A DNA stretch of 64,000 nucleotides from Octopus vulgaris. Taxonomy: Eukaryota. Below the pieces are notes generated by a model, which saw only the letters and a program-made list of their open reading frames with translations, had not been told where the DNA came from and ran no database searches. The stretch covers positions 181,660,001 through 181,724,000 of the forward strand of contig OX597816.1 in the NCBI GenBank assembly GCA_951406725.2. The letters run 5' to 3'. This document shows positions 14,277 to 27,600 of the stretch, one piece after another. How positions within the stretch are numbered: position 1 is the stretch's first letter; every line of letters begins with the position of its first letter. Made by a program: the position numbers and the translations under genes.

Positions 14277-14590
14277 CAGGGGTCGGCGAACCGGGGTAAA
14301 TTACTCCAAGTGGGGTAAAAATGGAATCCTTGTGGGTAATGGGGACTCATTAGGCATAAGTAAAATTATATAAAAAAAACGTGTTCCTTGTCACGACAGA
14401 ATGTTTTCTTCTGGCAACACTTATCTGTCCAATGTAATGGACGTGTTTAGAAGACATAATACCAAATAGATTCAATAGACTTTTTGAATTCAAAGAATCT
14501 ATGATTTTCTTCCTTTCAAATCAAGGGAGTAACGATGGCGTAGGCAAATATATTTTGGGGTAATTGGTTTAAAATGTTCTCTGATCCTTG
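14277..14590. mobile_element. hAT-type MITE
   Basis: Ends CAGGGGTCGGCGAAC / GTTCTCTGATCCTTG; degenerate 8-bp TSD ATATTGGC/ATCTAGGC. Confidence 0.6.
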
Positions 14591-15067
14591 ATCTAGGCGT
14601 AATACATGTGGGTGTGTGTGTGTGTTTCAGTCTGTTTTATACACTCTCAGGTCAGCCCTGATCAAACACGCCTGTTATCTGATACATTCTAATTATGACC
14701 ATCCCGCCTCTTTTCCGGGTTAGTATACCGATAAATACATAATTATCCCAATTCTTGCTGTTGCAGTAGTTGTTTATTTATGTGTTGGTCAGCCCTGATA
14801 AGTTAAAACGACGATCAAAAGCATCCCATCTGTGACTATCTTCTTTTGATTTTGCAAATACAGGGGAGATATTTTCCATTTGAAGCACAAGGCTTGGTGT
14901 TTTTTAGAGAAAAATGAAAAAAATCTTTAAAAGACTGAAATTGTAGTTTTAGCCAATCAGAACCCCTATTCTCAGTTTTACAGAAATCCACTTTTTTATT
15001 ATTTGCATATGTTCTCATAGTAACTAATGGATACTATCGTTGGGTTGGATTTAATATTAGGGATGTT

Positions 15068-15130
15068 GTTTAGAATTAGGATTAGAGTTTTAGGATTAGG
15101 GTTAGGGTTTAGGATTAGAGTTAAGGTTGA
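15068..15130 (+). repeat. Degenerate telomere-like (TTAGGR)n tract
   Basis: TTAGGATTAGAGTTTTAGGATTAGGGTTAGGGTTTAGGATTAGAG. Confidence 0.6.
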
Positions 15131-15438
15131 CAGTGCGTGGCAAAATTTTGGGGGGACTTGTATGTGACTAAGAAGCCACAAAATCGAATGCAGACATGAT
15201 CGTTTGCATTCAAATAAAAGTGTATTTGTTTTCTTTCGTTTTCATTTATATTTTCATGCTCAAAGATTTTGTAAATTTTTTATTATTTTCTAAAATAAAT
15301 AAATGGATAAATGAAAATAACAATTTGTGAAAGTTGTAAGTTCGCGTTTCGAAAAATAAAACTAAAATACAATAGACATTGTGCATTGCTTAACATCGCG
15401 ACGGTGTATCAAGAATGGGTTGATCTGATTGGCTAAAA

Positions 15439-15825
15439 TCTATATATAAAGCTGAAGTTGTCTGTGTATGGCAGGTTTGGTAGTCTTCAACTAACACTAT
15501 CTCCTCCGAGACCACTATCTCCTCCGAGACCAAAATTAAGAGTATAATAAAAGAAGGCTTGCTCTTTCTTCCGTAGAAGAAAAAATTCAAATCGGACCAT
15601 GTTAACACCAAAAATTATTTACATAAATAGGGTGCTTTTTTCTATGAAAATCCCTATTTTTTACGATCTTTTCACTGCTGTGTCACCATTTTTCGATGTA
15701 TTTCAACCAGAAAACTGTTCACTTAAAGAGAATAATAAGCTACATAATGCAGAATTTTTACTTTACAAAAATTCCAATTCTAAAGGGTCGAAACAAACCC
15801 GAGCAATGCCGGGCGATACTGCTAG
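15439..15825 (+). mobile_element. Non-autonomous Helitron
   Basis: A|TC 5' end, subterminal hairpin CCCG-AGCAATGC-CGGG, CTAG|T 3' end; same 3' end as 40904-41288. Confidence 0.8.
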
Positions 15826-16198
15826 TTATAAATAAAAAGAAAGAAATCTTAATAGGATTTTATTCTTAATATCTCCAAGGCGCCGACGATCATCTCTGCA
15901 TTCGATTTTGTGTCTTCTTAGTCACATACGAGTCCCCAAAAAGTCAAGTCTGGCCGACAATCGTCCGCGACTCTGCTGTGATTTACTAACGACGATATGC
16001 AGTTCAAAGGATTAACACAATGAATGTTACATGGGTTCTGCCAAGGTGGGGGAGACACACATCTGTGGAACACTCAACCACTTATCGAACAACTGAATTA
16101 GTCATTGTCGAAATCGACGGAGGATCATTTTTAATTTCATCTTACTCCTTTTTTTTGCCTTTTTTTTTATCACAAACATATTTACGTGTAGATGTGCA

Positions 16199-16229
<31 letters not shown>

Positions 16230-16368
16230 TTATATGTGGGTGTGTGTGTTTCCTTCTCTGTGTGTATATATGTGTTTATGTTTGTTTTTGGTTATATATG
16301 TTTGTTTATGCGCAAATCCGTGTGTGGGCGTTTATATACTTGCTTGTGTGTTTTCATGAATATAATTG

Positions 16369-16408
<40 letters not shown>

Positions 16409-16917
16409 GGTGCGTGTGTGCTTGTGAGCTTGTGTACATATATGTGTATTCATTGGAGTGTAGGTGTTTTCAGATGTGTGTATGTACATGCGTATGTGTT
16501 TGTTCCTGTGTAGATATGAGTGTGTGTATGAGAGAGTGTGTTAGTGTGCAGAAGCATGTGTAGATGTGCATAGCTGTGTGTGTGTTTGTGTGCGTGGGTG
16601 TATGTCTGTGTATCCGTGTGTGTGTGTGTGTGATTGTCCAGTTTTGACGTGACTGCTGACGTTATCAATATCAATGTTATATTGAGATGAGATCGATAAC
16701 TGTTTACCTTTACCTTCACACACACACACACACACACACACACAGCTATGCACATCTACACACGCTTCTGCGCACAAACATACTCTCTCATACACACACA
16801 CACACACACGCATGCATGCACATACACATACACACATTCATATTCATCGACAAACATACACAATTCACATTCAATTATATACACATACATAAACATACAC
16901 ATACACATATATGGATA

Positions 16918-16957
<40 letters not shown>

Positions 16958-17216
16958 GGCAAGCATGGTGGCATATAGACATTGAGAAACATGGTTGCTT
17001 ATCATAAATGTGTAGGAGTTCATACTGTGCGGGGGTGGGTGTATATTTGAATAGGTTTTGAACGAAGAGATGAGAATAATGTAGTTATTCCAGTATTGAT
17101 CCAGCAATAGTTCAGCACAAACTTATACAAATGTGGGGATCAGGGACGTCGAAGCAGCGTTAGAGCCCCCCCCCCTCCGGCCTACTGTATTCATTTATTG
17201 ACAGCAAGCTACAACA

Positions 17217-18480
17217 TACGAGGGGCGTTCAATAAGTAATGCCCCTGACCCACTTCCCATAGCAGTGGAGCAACGAAACTTGGCACAGTTATTAGTCTTT
17301 TTCTACATAGGAACCACCCAGAGTTACGCATTTCTCCCATCGTTTGATGCGGCTCTGGAGACCATTTTTGTAGAAGACCCCAGCTTGGTCCTCCAACCTC
17401 AACGTGACTTCAGAAATCAAGGCTGCATCATCTGGGAAACGCTTTCCTTTCAAAAACAACTTCATGATTGGGAAGAGGTGAAAATCAGAGGGTGCAAGGT
17501 CAGGAGAGTAGGGGGATGGGGGAGGAGTTCATAGCCATATGCCTGTGCTTCTGATCTGGCAACAAGCAAGTTGTGGACCGGAGCGTTGTCCTGCAGGAGG
17601 AGGATGCCTTTGCTGATCTTGCCCCGCCTCTTGATTTTGATAACTTCTCTTAATTTCCTCAAAAGTGAAGCATAATAGGCTCCTGTAATTGTGGCACCCT
17701 TTGCCAGGAAATCTGTCATCACGACTCCGTCCTGGTCCCAGAAGACTGTGAGCATGACCTTGCCAGCGGAGGGCTGCACCCTTGCCTTCTTTGGAGGAGG
17801 TGAGTCACGGTGCTTCCACTGCATTGACTGGGCTTTGGTCTCTGGATCATAGTGATGGACCCAGGTTTCATCCTGAGTAATCAGTCTTTTGAAAAATTTT
17901 GACTCATCTTCTTGGCACATCTCCAAATTCATCCTCGAGCACTCGACGCGTTCTTGCTTCTGGAAAGGTGTGAGCAACCTGGGAATCCATCTGGCAGACA
18001 CCTTTTGCATATGCAAATGGTCATGAATGATAGTTTGCACAGACCCGGTACTAATCTTGACCTCATGGGCTATTTGGCGAATAGTTATGCGTCGACCTCC
18101 CAAAATAGCAGCCTCAACTTGACGGACAGATGCCTCATCAATGGCAGAAGGGGGCGACCAGATCTGGGAGCTGTTTCTTCAGAGTTCCGACCATGTTTGA
18201 ATTCACGATGCCAGCGTTTTACAAGGTCATATGATGGGGCATCATCACCATAAGTTACTTTCATTTCATCAAAAGTCTCCCGTGGTGTGCGTCCTTTCAA
18301 ATACAAAAGCCGGATCACTGCTCGACACTCAGCAAGTTCCATTTCACACTTGACTCAGTTCAAACACCTGTAATTTGCCACTTAATCTATAGATATATAA
18401 ATAATTGCACATGCAAAATTTCAGCTAGATCAAACAACTACAAGTGGGTCAGAAGCATTACTTATTGAACGTCCCTCGTA
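17217..18480 (-). mobile_element. Near full-length mariner (DD34D) transposon with frameshifted transposase
   Basis: TIRs TACGAGGGGCGTTCAATAAGTAATGC / GCATTACTTATTGAACGTCCCTCGTA with TA TSD; ORFs 18085-18342 and 17462-18103 contain WIPRLL, DETWVHHYDPE and QDNAPVH; YSPDLAPSD lies in a shifted frame. Confidence 0.95.
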
Positions 18481-18927
18481 TGTAAGTCAGATTTGGGATC
18501 CCCATGCCTTAAGACAGTGCTCTCCCTCACATCTTTCTGTTTTTCTTTCTCTCTTGTTGCTCACAAGTAACCATCGTCCATCTTTCTTTTCCTCACGTGA
18601 CCATCTTTCTTTTCCTGCAACGGACGTTCAAAAGAGCGGTCGTGTTTTTTTCTGTCTTCTATCGTTTCTCTTTTCAAAAAAATGTTTCTCCCAGCGTTCA
18701 CTATTTTCCTCTCGTTCTGGTCTAACGACCCTCCATGTTTGTTTTCGAAAATTTTAGAAAAATAAAGAAGGAAATAAGTGGAAATTTTACCGGTGAGTGT
18801 GTTAAATTATAAGGCACCAAAAGAGAATGACTCTCCCCAGACACAACAGAATATGCTTCAACACACAAACTCACATAATGAATCTTGCAAACCAAATCCC
18901 AAAACGAAATATATATATATACAAGTG

Positions 18928-19260
18928 AGGGCGCATGGTTCAGTGGTTAGAGCGTCGAGCTTACGATCGTGAGGTTGTGAGTTCGAATCTCGGACTGGGC
19001 TGCGTATTGTGTTCTTGAGCAAGACACTTTATTTCACGTTGCTCCAGTTCACTCAGCTGTAGAAATGAGTTGCGACGTCACAGGTGCCAAGCTGTATCGG
19101 GTGTTGCTTTTCCTTTGGATGACACTGGTGGCATGAAGATGGGAGGCCGGTATGCATGGGCGACTGCTGGTTTTCTATAAACAACCTTGCTCGGACTTGT
19201 ACCTCGGAGGGTAACTTTCTAGGTGCAATCCCATGGTCAGTCGTGGCCGAAGGGGGTCTC
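18928..19260 (+). mobile_element. tRNA-derived SINE (family B subtype)
   Basis: A box TGGTTCAGTGG, B box GTTCGAATCT, core GTGTTCTTGAGCAAGACACTT. Confidence 0.8.
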
Positions 19261-19629
19261 AATATATATATATATATACACACACACACTCACATATACA
19301 TAGACGCATATGCTGGACTCTCCCGTCATTAGACGACATATGAGGGTTCGTCAATTTCTTGCCCAACAACCACACAGATGATTTGTTTATAGTGATCAAA
19401 TGTTTGTTTAGACATCAGCTCACTCCTTCCATCAATCGACATTACCTGTACAGGTACAACTGGTTGCCACATGTCAGATGATGAAATGATTAAAGAGCAA
19501 CATGAAATACTTCAGAGATCAAAAAGGCGATGTACTGGGCTTACAGCCCAGTACATCGCCATTCCTGGTATCCTACACGTTGAAATACCTAGATTCTAAC
19601 GACTCCTGTAACCGAACATCATACACAGC

Positions 19630-19634
19630 ACACA

Positions 19635-19683
<49 letters not shown>

Positions 19684-19724
19684 ACACACGCACACACACG
19701 CACACACACGCACGCACACACACA

Positions 19725-19771
<47 letters not shown>

Positions 19772-19782
19772 GCACACACACA

Positions 19783-19875
<93 letters not shown>

Positions 19876-19950
19876 ACACACACACATACACACACACGCA
19901 CACACACACATACACACACACGCACACACACGCACAAACAACACACACAC
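19630..19950. repeat. (CA)n microsatellite
   Basis: Direct reading. Confidence 0.95.
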
Positions 19951-19954
19951 ACAG

Positions 19955-20110
19955 AGGCGCAGGCTTGTGGTAAGAAGCTTGCTTCCCAGTCGCATAACTC
20001 CGGGTTCAGTCCCACTGCGCGGCACTTCGGGCAGGTGTCTTCCCCTATAGCTTTGGGCCAATCAAAACTAAGTGGATTTGGTAAACGGAAACTGAAAGAA
20101 GCCCGTCGTA
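19955..20110 (+). mobile_element. SINE family A, 5' part
   Basis: GGCGCAGG...TGTGGTAAGAAGCTTGCT...GGTTCAGTCCCACTGCG. Confidence 0.75.
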
Positions 20111-20162
20111 TATATATATATATATATATATACATACACATATATATATATACACACACATG

Positions 20163-20208
<46 letters not shown>

Positions 20209-20209
<1 letters not shown>

Positions 20210-20445
20210 AGGCGCGTGGTTTAGTGGTTAGGGTGTCAGCATCATGATCGTAAGATTGTGGTTTCGATTCCTGGACCGGGCGACGCGTTGTGTTCTTGAG
20301 CAAAACACTTCATTTCACATTGCTCCAGTCCACTCAGCTAGCAAAAATGAGTAACGCTGCGATGGACTGGCGTCCCGTCCAGCTGGGGAACACATACGCC
20401 ATTGAAACCGGGAGCCTGGCTAGGCTTTAAAAGGGCGCATTTATT
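20209..20445 (+). mobile_element. tRNA-derived SINE family B
   Basis: A/B boxes, conserved core, and a GCGATGGACTGGCGTCCCGTCCAG block; near-identical inverted copy at 30620-30848. Confidence 0.85.
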
Positions 20446-20618
<173 letters not shown>

Positions 20619-20709
20619 CAGAGAGAGAAAGAGAGAAGGAGAGGGAGAGAGAGAGGGAGAGGTTATGAGAGCCAATGGTGTCAATAAGACCCAAGAATAA
20701 TGTGGCCAT

Positions 20710-22345
20710 TGAAAATGTACGAAATAGCCTAGAGTAGAGTAGAAAGGATGGAACAAAGATGCATTGTGTTTATCAGAAAATGGTTTGGTCTGCCGAAACC
20801 ACTGAATACAACTGCACTATATGGAAAACCTGTGCTGCAATTACCAATAACATCAATCACCGAAGAATATAAGGCAGGAAAGGCAAGGACAGTAATGATG
20901 CTAAGGTATTCAAAAGATCAGAGCATCCGGGAAAACCCTCCAAAGGTACGAACAGGGAGGAAATGGAAGGCGGAAGAGGCAGTAAACAGGGCGAAGAGGC
21001 AGTAGTATACGAAGTGAGAAAGGAGGAAGAAGAAAGGCAAAATGTACATTTGGTGCAATGCAGTCAACAGGGACAGTGCCTGAGATGGGAGGAATATGTG
21101 ATCAACCGCAGAATATCATGGAAGGAACTTTGGGCTTGGGAACAAGCAAGAACATCCTTCCTGATCAAGTCTACCTTCGACGTTCTACCCTCACCGGCGA
21201 ACTTAGTCCGGTAGAACATAAAAACAACCGATGAGTGTAGATGCGGAGAGAAAGCGACGGTTAGACATGTTCTGTCAAGTTGCAGACTAGCATTAGAAAG
21301 ATATACATGGCGGCATAATCAAGTTTCCGGCGTCATAAGTGCAGCACTCAAGGAGAAGATCAAAAGGTACAATAGGGGAGAGTACCCAAAAGTAGAAAAG
21401 CGCAGGAAAGTATACTTCCACAAGGAAGGAAAAGGTTATAAAACCAGGCCTTCAAGTAAAGTATACGAGATAGACGAAAGATGGAAGGGATACTGGGAGG
21501 TGACCACGGACTTAGAAAGACAAGTAATATTTCCACTAATAAAAACAAGAAGAAGACCGGATTTAGTCCTATGGAACAGGGACCGGAAAATGGGAATTTT
21601 ACTAGAACTGACAGTACCTTGGGAAGAGAACATCGGCAATGTAGAGGAACGAAAGGAGAAGAGGTATGAAAAGCTAATCGAAGAATGCAGAGAACAGGGA
21701 TGGAATGTCGAATATTATCACCTGGCAGTGATTTATTTTTCTAGCTCCGAGCTGCGAAAATTAAGGAGAGTACAGAAGGCGGTTGAAAAAGCCAGCTTCT
21801 ATATATGGCTGAAGCGGGAAGACCGACAATGGCTTGAAAGTCATAAACACGCCGGCGGGAAATAACATCATTAGGTGACACAAGCTGACACTGAATCAGC
21901 TTCGCTGACTGACAGGTGACGGTCGTTTAGAGAATGCGAGGGCTAAAACTACGCGCCTTCACTAGTCAGTTAAGGTGAGACAATGTCACGTGACAACTTG
22001 CTGGGGCTGCCTGCTGGAGCCTATGCGGCAGGTATTTAAAGGGAAAAATTTGACAAGTCAGTCAGTCACCGGCTGACACTCGCTGACGATACATCGAAGA
22101 GGCCAGGGAACAGAAGATAGAAGACATGCACCCAACACCAGAGCTGAAGACACCTCCGAAAGGTAGGGCCCCGCCACGTCAAAATGGCAGAGGAGTAGGG
22201 GCCGAAACCGGACGTGGTTCCTCCTGATGATGTCCTGCGCAAACTGAATCCTATAAAGGAGCTGTTGTGGTAGCAGACCACGAAACACGGTTGTAATTCC
22301 AGATAATGCCGAGCAAGTATGTATGGATAGACCATAGTTAAGCTC
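20710..22345 (+). mobile_element. HERO-like RLE non-LTR retrotransposon, 3' portion plus 3' UTR
   Basis: WFGLPK...ALYG, VRTGRKWKA, FLIKSTFDVLPSPANL, CRC...HVLSSC...YTWRHNQV, RPDLVLW...ELTVPWEE...KRYEKL, EKASFYIWLKR; stops and frameshifts. Confidence 0.85.
22174..22236 (+). ncRNA. Non-circularly permuted hammerhead-like ribozyme in HERO 3' UTR
   Basis: CCACGUC-aaaau-GG-CA-GAGGAG-ua-GGGGCC-GAAA-CC-g-GACGUGG-UUCCUC-CUGAUGA-U-GUCCU; U16.1 is C in this copy. Confidence 0.65.
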
Positions 22346-22624
22346 CAGGTGCATGTGTATATACATGTTTGTATGTATGTATGTATGTACGCATGCATGT
22401 ATGAATGTGTGTGTATGTATGCACGTGTGTTTGTATGATTATATGTATGTGTGTGTGCATTTGTATGTATGTATTCTGCATAGTCATGTTTGTGTGTGTG
22501 TATTTGTACACACACACACACACAAATATATACACACAAACACACAATTATGAACACACATGAATATGAAGAATACATACTTACAAACGTACACACATGC
22601 ATACATATATATACTCATACACAT

Positions 22625-24304
22625 ATGAATGGTTATGTGGACCACTCCTAACGAAAACCAGAGTTTCCTTCGACCACTACGTAAAAAGTATTAAGAAAAA
22701 AACGTTATTTAGATATACTTTCATTTTAGATGTTTACACTATTTTACGCTTGTTTATACTCTTACGCATTCAAAGTTCACAAATTTCCTTATTTAAATTA
22801 GGAATGATATTCCTTTCGATAATATCAATACGATTAAAAAACTTCCTTGTAGACGATATTTTCTGTTTGGTTGACACTAATTTTCAAATTACTGGAGTAT
22901 ATCTGGACGTGTGTAGCGTTCCAAACAGCTATAACAACAAAATCACCTATTTATACCGGTATATTAAAAAAAAATTCATTTAATAAATGCAGAAACACAC
23001 TCATACACACACACACACTCATACACACACACACACACACACTTTCCAGTATACTTTTGTTCACATTCGGGAGACTCGATTTCATAATCCTATCATAATG
23101 GGCGTTCGTCTGTCTGTCTATCTGTTTCCTTCTTCACGGTCAAAACAGCTGGACCAATGCTCACGATGTTTTTCGGGGATTATGAAGGAGGTAACCAGGA
23201 AGGATTTTAGCAAAAATAAAAATGCAAAAAGTCTGATTAATTAGTGGATATTGAGTTTTGTATTAATAAATCAGCTTTGATTTTGGGGGCTAAAATTCCA
23301 GGAACGAGGATTAACTTTGGATTGCCCCACCCCAGTGTAGTTCATGAATTTAGAGGGGTTTAGATTTGCGATACTGTACCTCAATTTCCCTTCGTAGATG
23401 GGCAGATTTGCTATCTTACTATAATGGGTGTTATGTCCATCTGTCTTTCTGTCTGTTCCCTCTTCATGGCCAGACAGCTGGACCAATGGTTACGATATTT
23501 TTCGGGATTACAAAGACGGTCGTCAGGAAGGTTTTTAGCATTCAAAAATCATAAAGTAGGATTATTTCGTGGATATCGGTTTTTGAATTGATAATTAAAA
23601 ATTTTTATTAAAAATTCACCGACCACGAGGAACTCTGGATTTTCCTCATATAGCTTGTGGTCCCATCGTAGATACGAAGGGAGTCGTGAGGATGGTTAAT
23701 AGCGAAAATAAAATGGTAAAAGTGTGTGAGGGTATATAGTGTGTGTGATTATTTAGTGATTATTGAAGTGCATCAGTCTTGGGCAGGGTTCAAAACGGCA
23801 GGGTTCGAAGCGCCTGTTGTTTATATCATCTCAGATTTGTCAAAAAAATAACCCATGGTACCAAAACAGCCAAACATTATTCGCATAGAACAGTGAAAGG
23901 TAAGTCTTAGTTTGATTCTTTGCAACCCTAAAGAATCCGCCCGTGCATTCACAGCAAACAAGGCACAGGACCAGACTTTAAATCGTGTAGGTGTATTTTT
24001 ACCCGCTCCGATGTTTACACACGTCCAGATATACTCCAGTAATTTGAAAATTAGTGTCCACCAAACAGAAAATATCGTCTACAAGGAAGTTTTTTAAACG
24101 TATTGATATTATCGAAAGGAATATCATTCATAATTTAAATAAGGAAATTTGTGAACTTTGAATGTGTAAGAGTATAAACCAGCATAAAATAGTGTAAACA
24201 ACTAAAATGAAAGTATATCTAAATAACGTTTTTTCTTAACACTTTTGTTTAGCGGGCGAAGGAAACTCTGGCTTTCATTAGGAGTGGTCCACATAACCAT
24301 TCAT
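22625..24304. mobile_element. Foldback structure with ~290-bp inverted arms (22625-22915 / 24016-24304) containing the Helitron PIF1 helicase tail
   Basis: Arms are reverse complements; ORF 23912-24097 AFTANKAQDQTLNRVGVFL...TENIVYKEVF; two related units inside (about 23087-23330 and 23413-23645). Confidence 0.75.
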
Positions 24305-25209
24305 GATGCAGAGGCTGGGAGCCTGTTTCAGTTTCGGAGAGAATCATATCACATGGCACTTAGTCACAAAGACGTCATAGACTGCTGTATCACCAACGAC
24401 AATGTGATTTCTTGAAGACATCACCCAGCAATCTATCAAAGTCCATTTACACATTTCTCAATACATACTGCTGTTATAACTCCCCACCCTCATTTTATGC
24501 CTCCATCGTAGATGGGTAGATTTGCTGGCAGAATAAACCATGGGTTTTGCAAATAGCAAATTAAAAATTGAAATAGAGAGGGGGAGATTTTGCAAATGAA
24601 AACGGAAATATTGCGCTGTGAATGCAAAGAATATCTAAATTTGTGAAAAATTGAAGTTCAAAAATTCAGTAAACTTCAGAAATCGATATTACAGGAAATT
24701 TCTTGGAACTTGAATTTATAAAAAAATTTCCAGACCGCCAAGCCTTTAATAATTGCTTTCTTTTAGCAACTGTTACATACCTAATTAATTAGCAGCAGCT
24801 TTCTCCATTTTAATATAGATTTAATAATTGTTACATACCTAATTAATAAACAGTTTTCTCCATTATAATATAAGTATAATACTTGTACAGAAATGCAACA
24901 TAAACCACGCGCACCCACTTCCACAATTCATGGAGGCTGCCAAAATATTTAACAGAAACATTTAACTATTCTTAAAACACGGGCACACACACACATTTAT
25001 ACTTTTTTGAACTATAGTTCAGGTGTTGATTTTGTTTCTTCATTCATATAAGGGCATTATATACCCTTTTCAGTCTGGCATAGCTTACCAGCTTTGAACA
25101 CTTTAAATAAATAAATAAGACGTTGACTTTTTTTAACAAACCTTGCAGTTTAATATTATAAATAAACCAAAATTCGAATTTACAGCACGTTCTAGAAAAC
25201 CAATGATAC

Positions 25210-25249
<40 letters not shown>

Positions 25250-25591
25250 TGACTAATTATTCAGAAATGCAAGTACAATTATAATGTACACACAGACACA
25301 CACGCACAAACGGGCACACACACATGCACTCACGCACGCACGCACACACACACACGCACACACACACACACACACACACACTACTCGAGTGAGTGGACAT
25401 GCAAAACAGAAAGGCACTCAATGCATTTAGTAGGAGTTACCTACATTACTCTTTAATACAATTTGATTAAGTAATCTAAGCCTGAACGAGCTGGGCTTCT
25501 CTTAGAAGCCTGCAAAACTTTAAGTCGCATAGAACCGAATCAAACTGTTTTAAATTATATATAACAAAGTGGAGTTGTAGGGTACCGCACG

Positions 25592-25670
25592 AGTTCAACA
25601 AGTTCCTTAAAATATTGGGCACAAAAGATTACTACTTTTGTGCCCAATATTTTAAGGAACTTGTTGAACT
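25592..25670. repeat. Perfect 36-bp inverted repeat with 7-nt loop
   Basis: AGTTCAACAAGTTCCTTAAAATATTGGGCACAAAAG-attacta-reverse complement. Confidence 0.95.
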
Positions 25671-25852
25671 TTTTTATGTCCTTAAGATGTCCCTCTTACC
25701 AAAGACTGTATATATGTAATGTAGCAATTTGTAACAACCAATAATTAACGCAACCAAACTTCTACATGTTACTATTGACAATCTTTTTCCGAAGAGTGAA
25801 ACCGGTAAAGTAAATAAACATCTTTTAAATTGCATTTTCAAACCTTCTTTCG

Positions 25853-26232
<380 letters not shown>

Positions 26233-26591
26233 CTATCGGTTACTTCTAAAGCTGTTGTGTTGTTTGGTCCTGGGTGATCATATGGCTGATTCTGCGTTGA
26301 CTAATTAAGTATCGTTTTTTGTGGTGGTTTGAACCAGCCCGAAAAGATCCCCTTTTCATTTTGCTGGATGGGGACGATAAGCTCTTAACACGCATTTTAA
26401 TACCAACTTCTTTCCCATGGTTGCCTTTAGGGGAGTTCGATTTGTTACAGGCAAGTGAGCCAGAGTGCCAGTACAGGATTATTGTAACCGTGAACCCTAT
26501 TGTTCATCATTACTTCTTATACCAGCTTAGATGCCAAAATATAGCACTAAAATCGGCTATATGTGTGTGTATATGTGTATGTATGTGTGTA

Positions 26592-26638
<47 letters not shown>

Positions 26639-27194
26639 CTGTGTTTGCCTTCCATCTCAACTTTACTTGATACCCATCCTAAACGCTCACAGATTACATT
26701 ATGCTGACACGCACACACCACGCATCCTATTACTTTTCAAAATTTAATTATCTGTACTGTCCAAGCTTGTCTCTGTATTCAAAGTTCACTCGGAAATATG
26801 TGGTGTTCGTTTCATATATAGATTCTAGTATCCTCACCTCTCACTTCTCACTCGTTGATATCAGTAATAAGGACTTTAGTAACAAAAGCACAAAATCCCT
26901 CTTTCTCACACATTTGAATACAACTGATTCCTCTAACACTCTTCAAAGCTCCTCCAACCATCAACAACACTTCCGGTATCAAATCTCTTCCGGTATCGGT
27001 AACACATTTTACTTCCCGCTTCACTAAAGCTATCGTTTTCACTGATTCCAATGTTCACAACTCATTTTTGTATTTCAGACTTATTTCATGCTGATATCAC
27101 TGATGCCAAAGTGATTTTTCCTTGCAAGCTCGAATACTTTTCCTCAGGAACGAGAGAAAATACAGTGACTTGTTTGAACTCTAAAAAAAAAAAA

Positions 27195-27600
27195 CAATGG
27201 ATAGGAGGCATATACTTTCCCCTAGGGATTGGTGTTAGAGGATACTCGATACTCAGGAGTCTTAAGCTAGCTGCGAAAGAGAAGATATTGTTGGAAACCA
27301 CAGAGAAAGTCAGCCATTACGTCTAGCTGAAGAGAGGGTACGAATAGTGCAGCAAGAACAAGCAGTTAAGGTGGTGGAAACATGTGGCACTGAGACACAG
27401 CTGACTCAACGAAGCTCATGCAGTATGGAAGTTTTGTCGCCTACATCGATGGATTGTCCTAGGCAAGACATGTGGCAGTGAAGGGGCTAGGCCGGAACAT
27501 GCGCAGAGCTACTTCACTGCCTCACGAGACATCGATTCCTGCATTCGGAGTCTGAATACCGAGGTAGACTCTGCACACTCAGCCGTTTTCCTTGAGACCT
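27195..27600 (+). mobile_element. Second, older HERO-like 3' end fragment
   Basis: FPLGIGVRGY...LETTEKVSHYV*LKR parallels the HERO C-terminus (EKASFYIWLKR at ~21785-21820). Confidence 0.6.
27469..27530 (+). ncRNA. Decayed non-circularly permuted hammerhead-like motif
   Basis: CAUG-UG-GCAGUGAAG ... GCC-GGAA-CAUG ... CUUCACUGC-CUCACGA-GAC; perfect 9-bp stem I, 5-bp stem III, three core substitutions. Confidence 0.5.

Noticed and set aside
15068-15130. Interstitial telomere or chromosome fusion scar
   Set aside because: Only about two exact TTAGGG units; such degenerate tracts are common inside repeats
18928-19000. tRNA genes at SINE heads
   Set aside because: A/B boxes run straight into SINE cores with no complete cloverleaf
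22144-22168. CTGAAGA-cacctcc-GAAA as an extra minimal hammerhead
   Set aside because: No stem II or stem I can form around it
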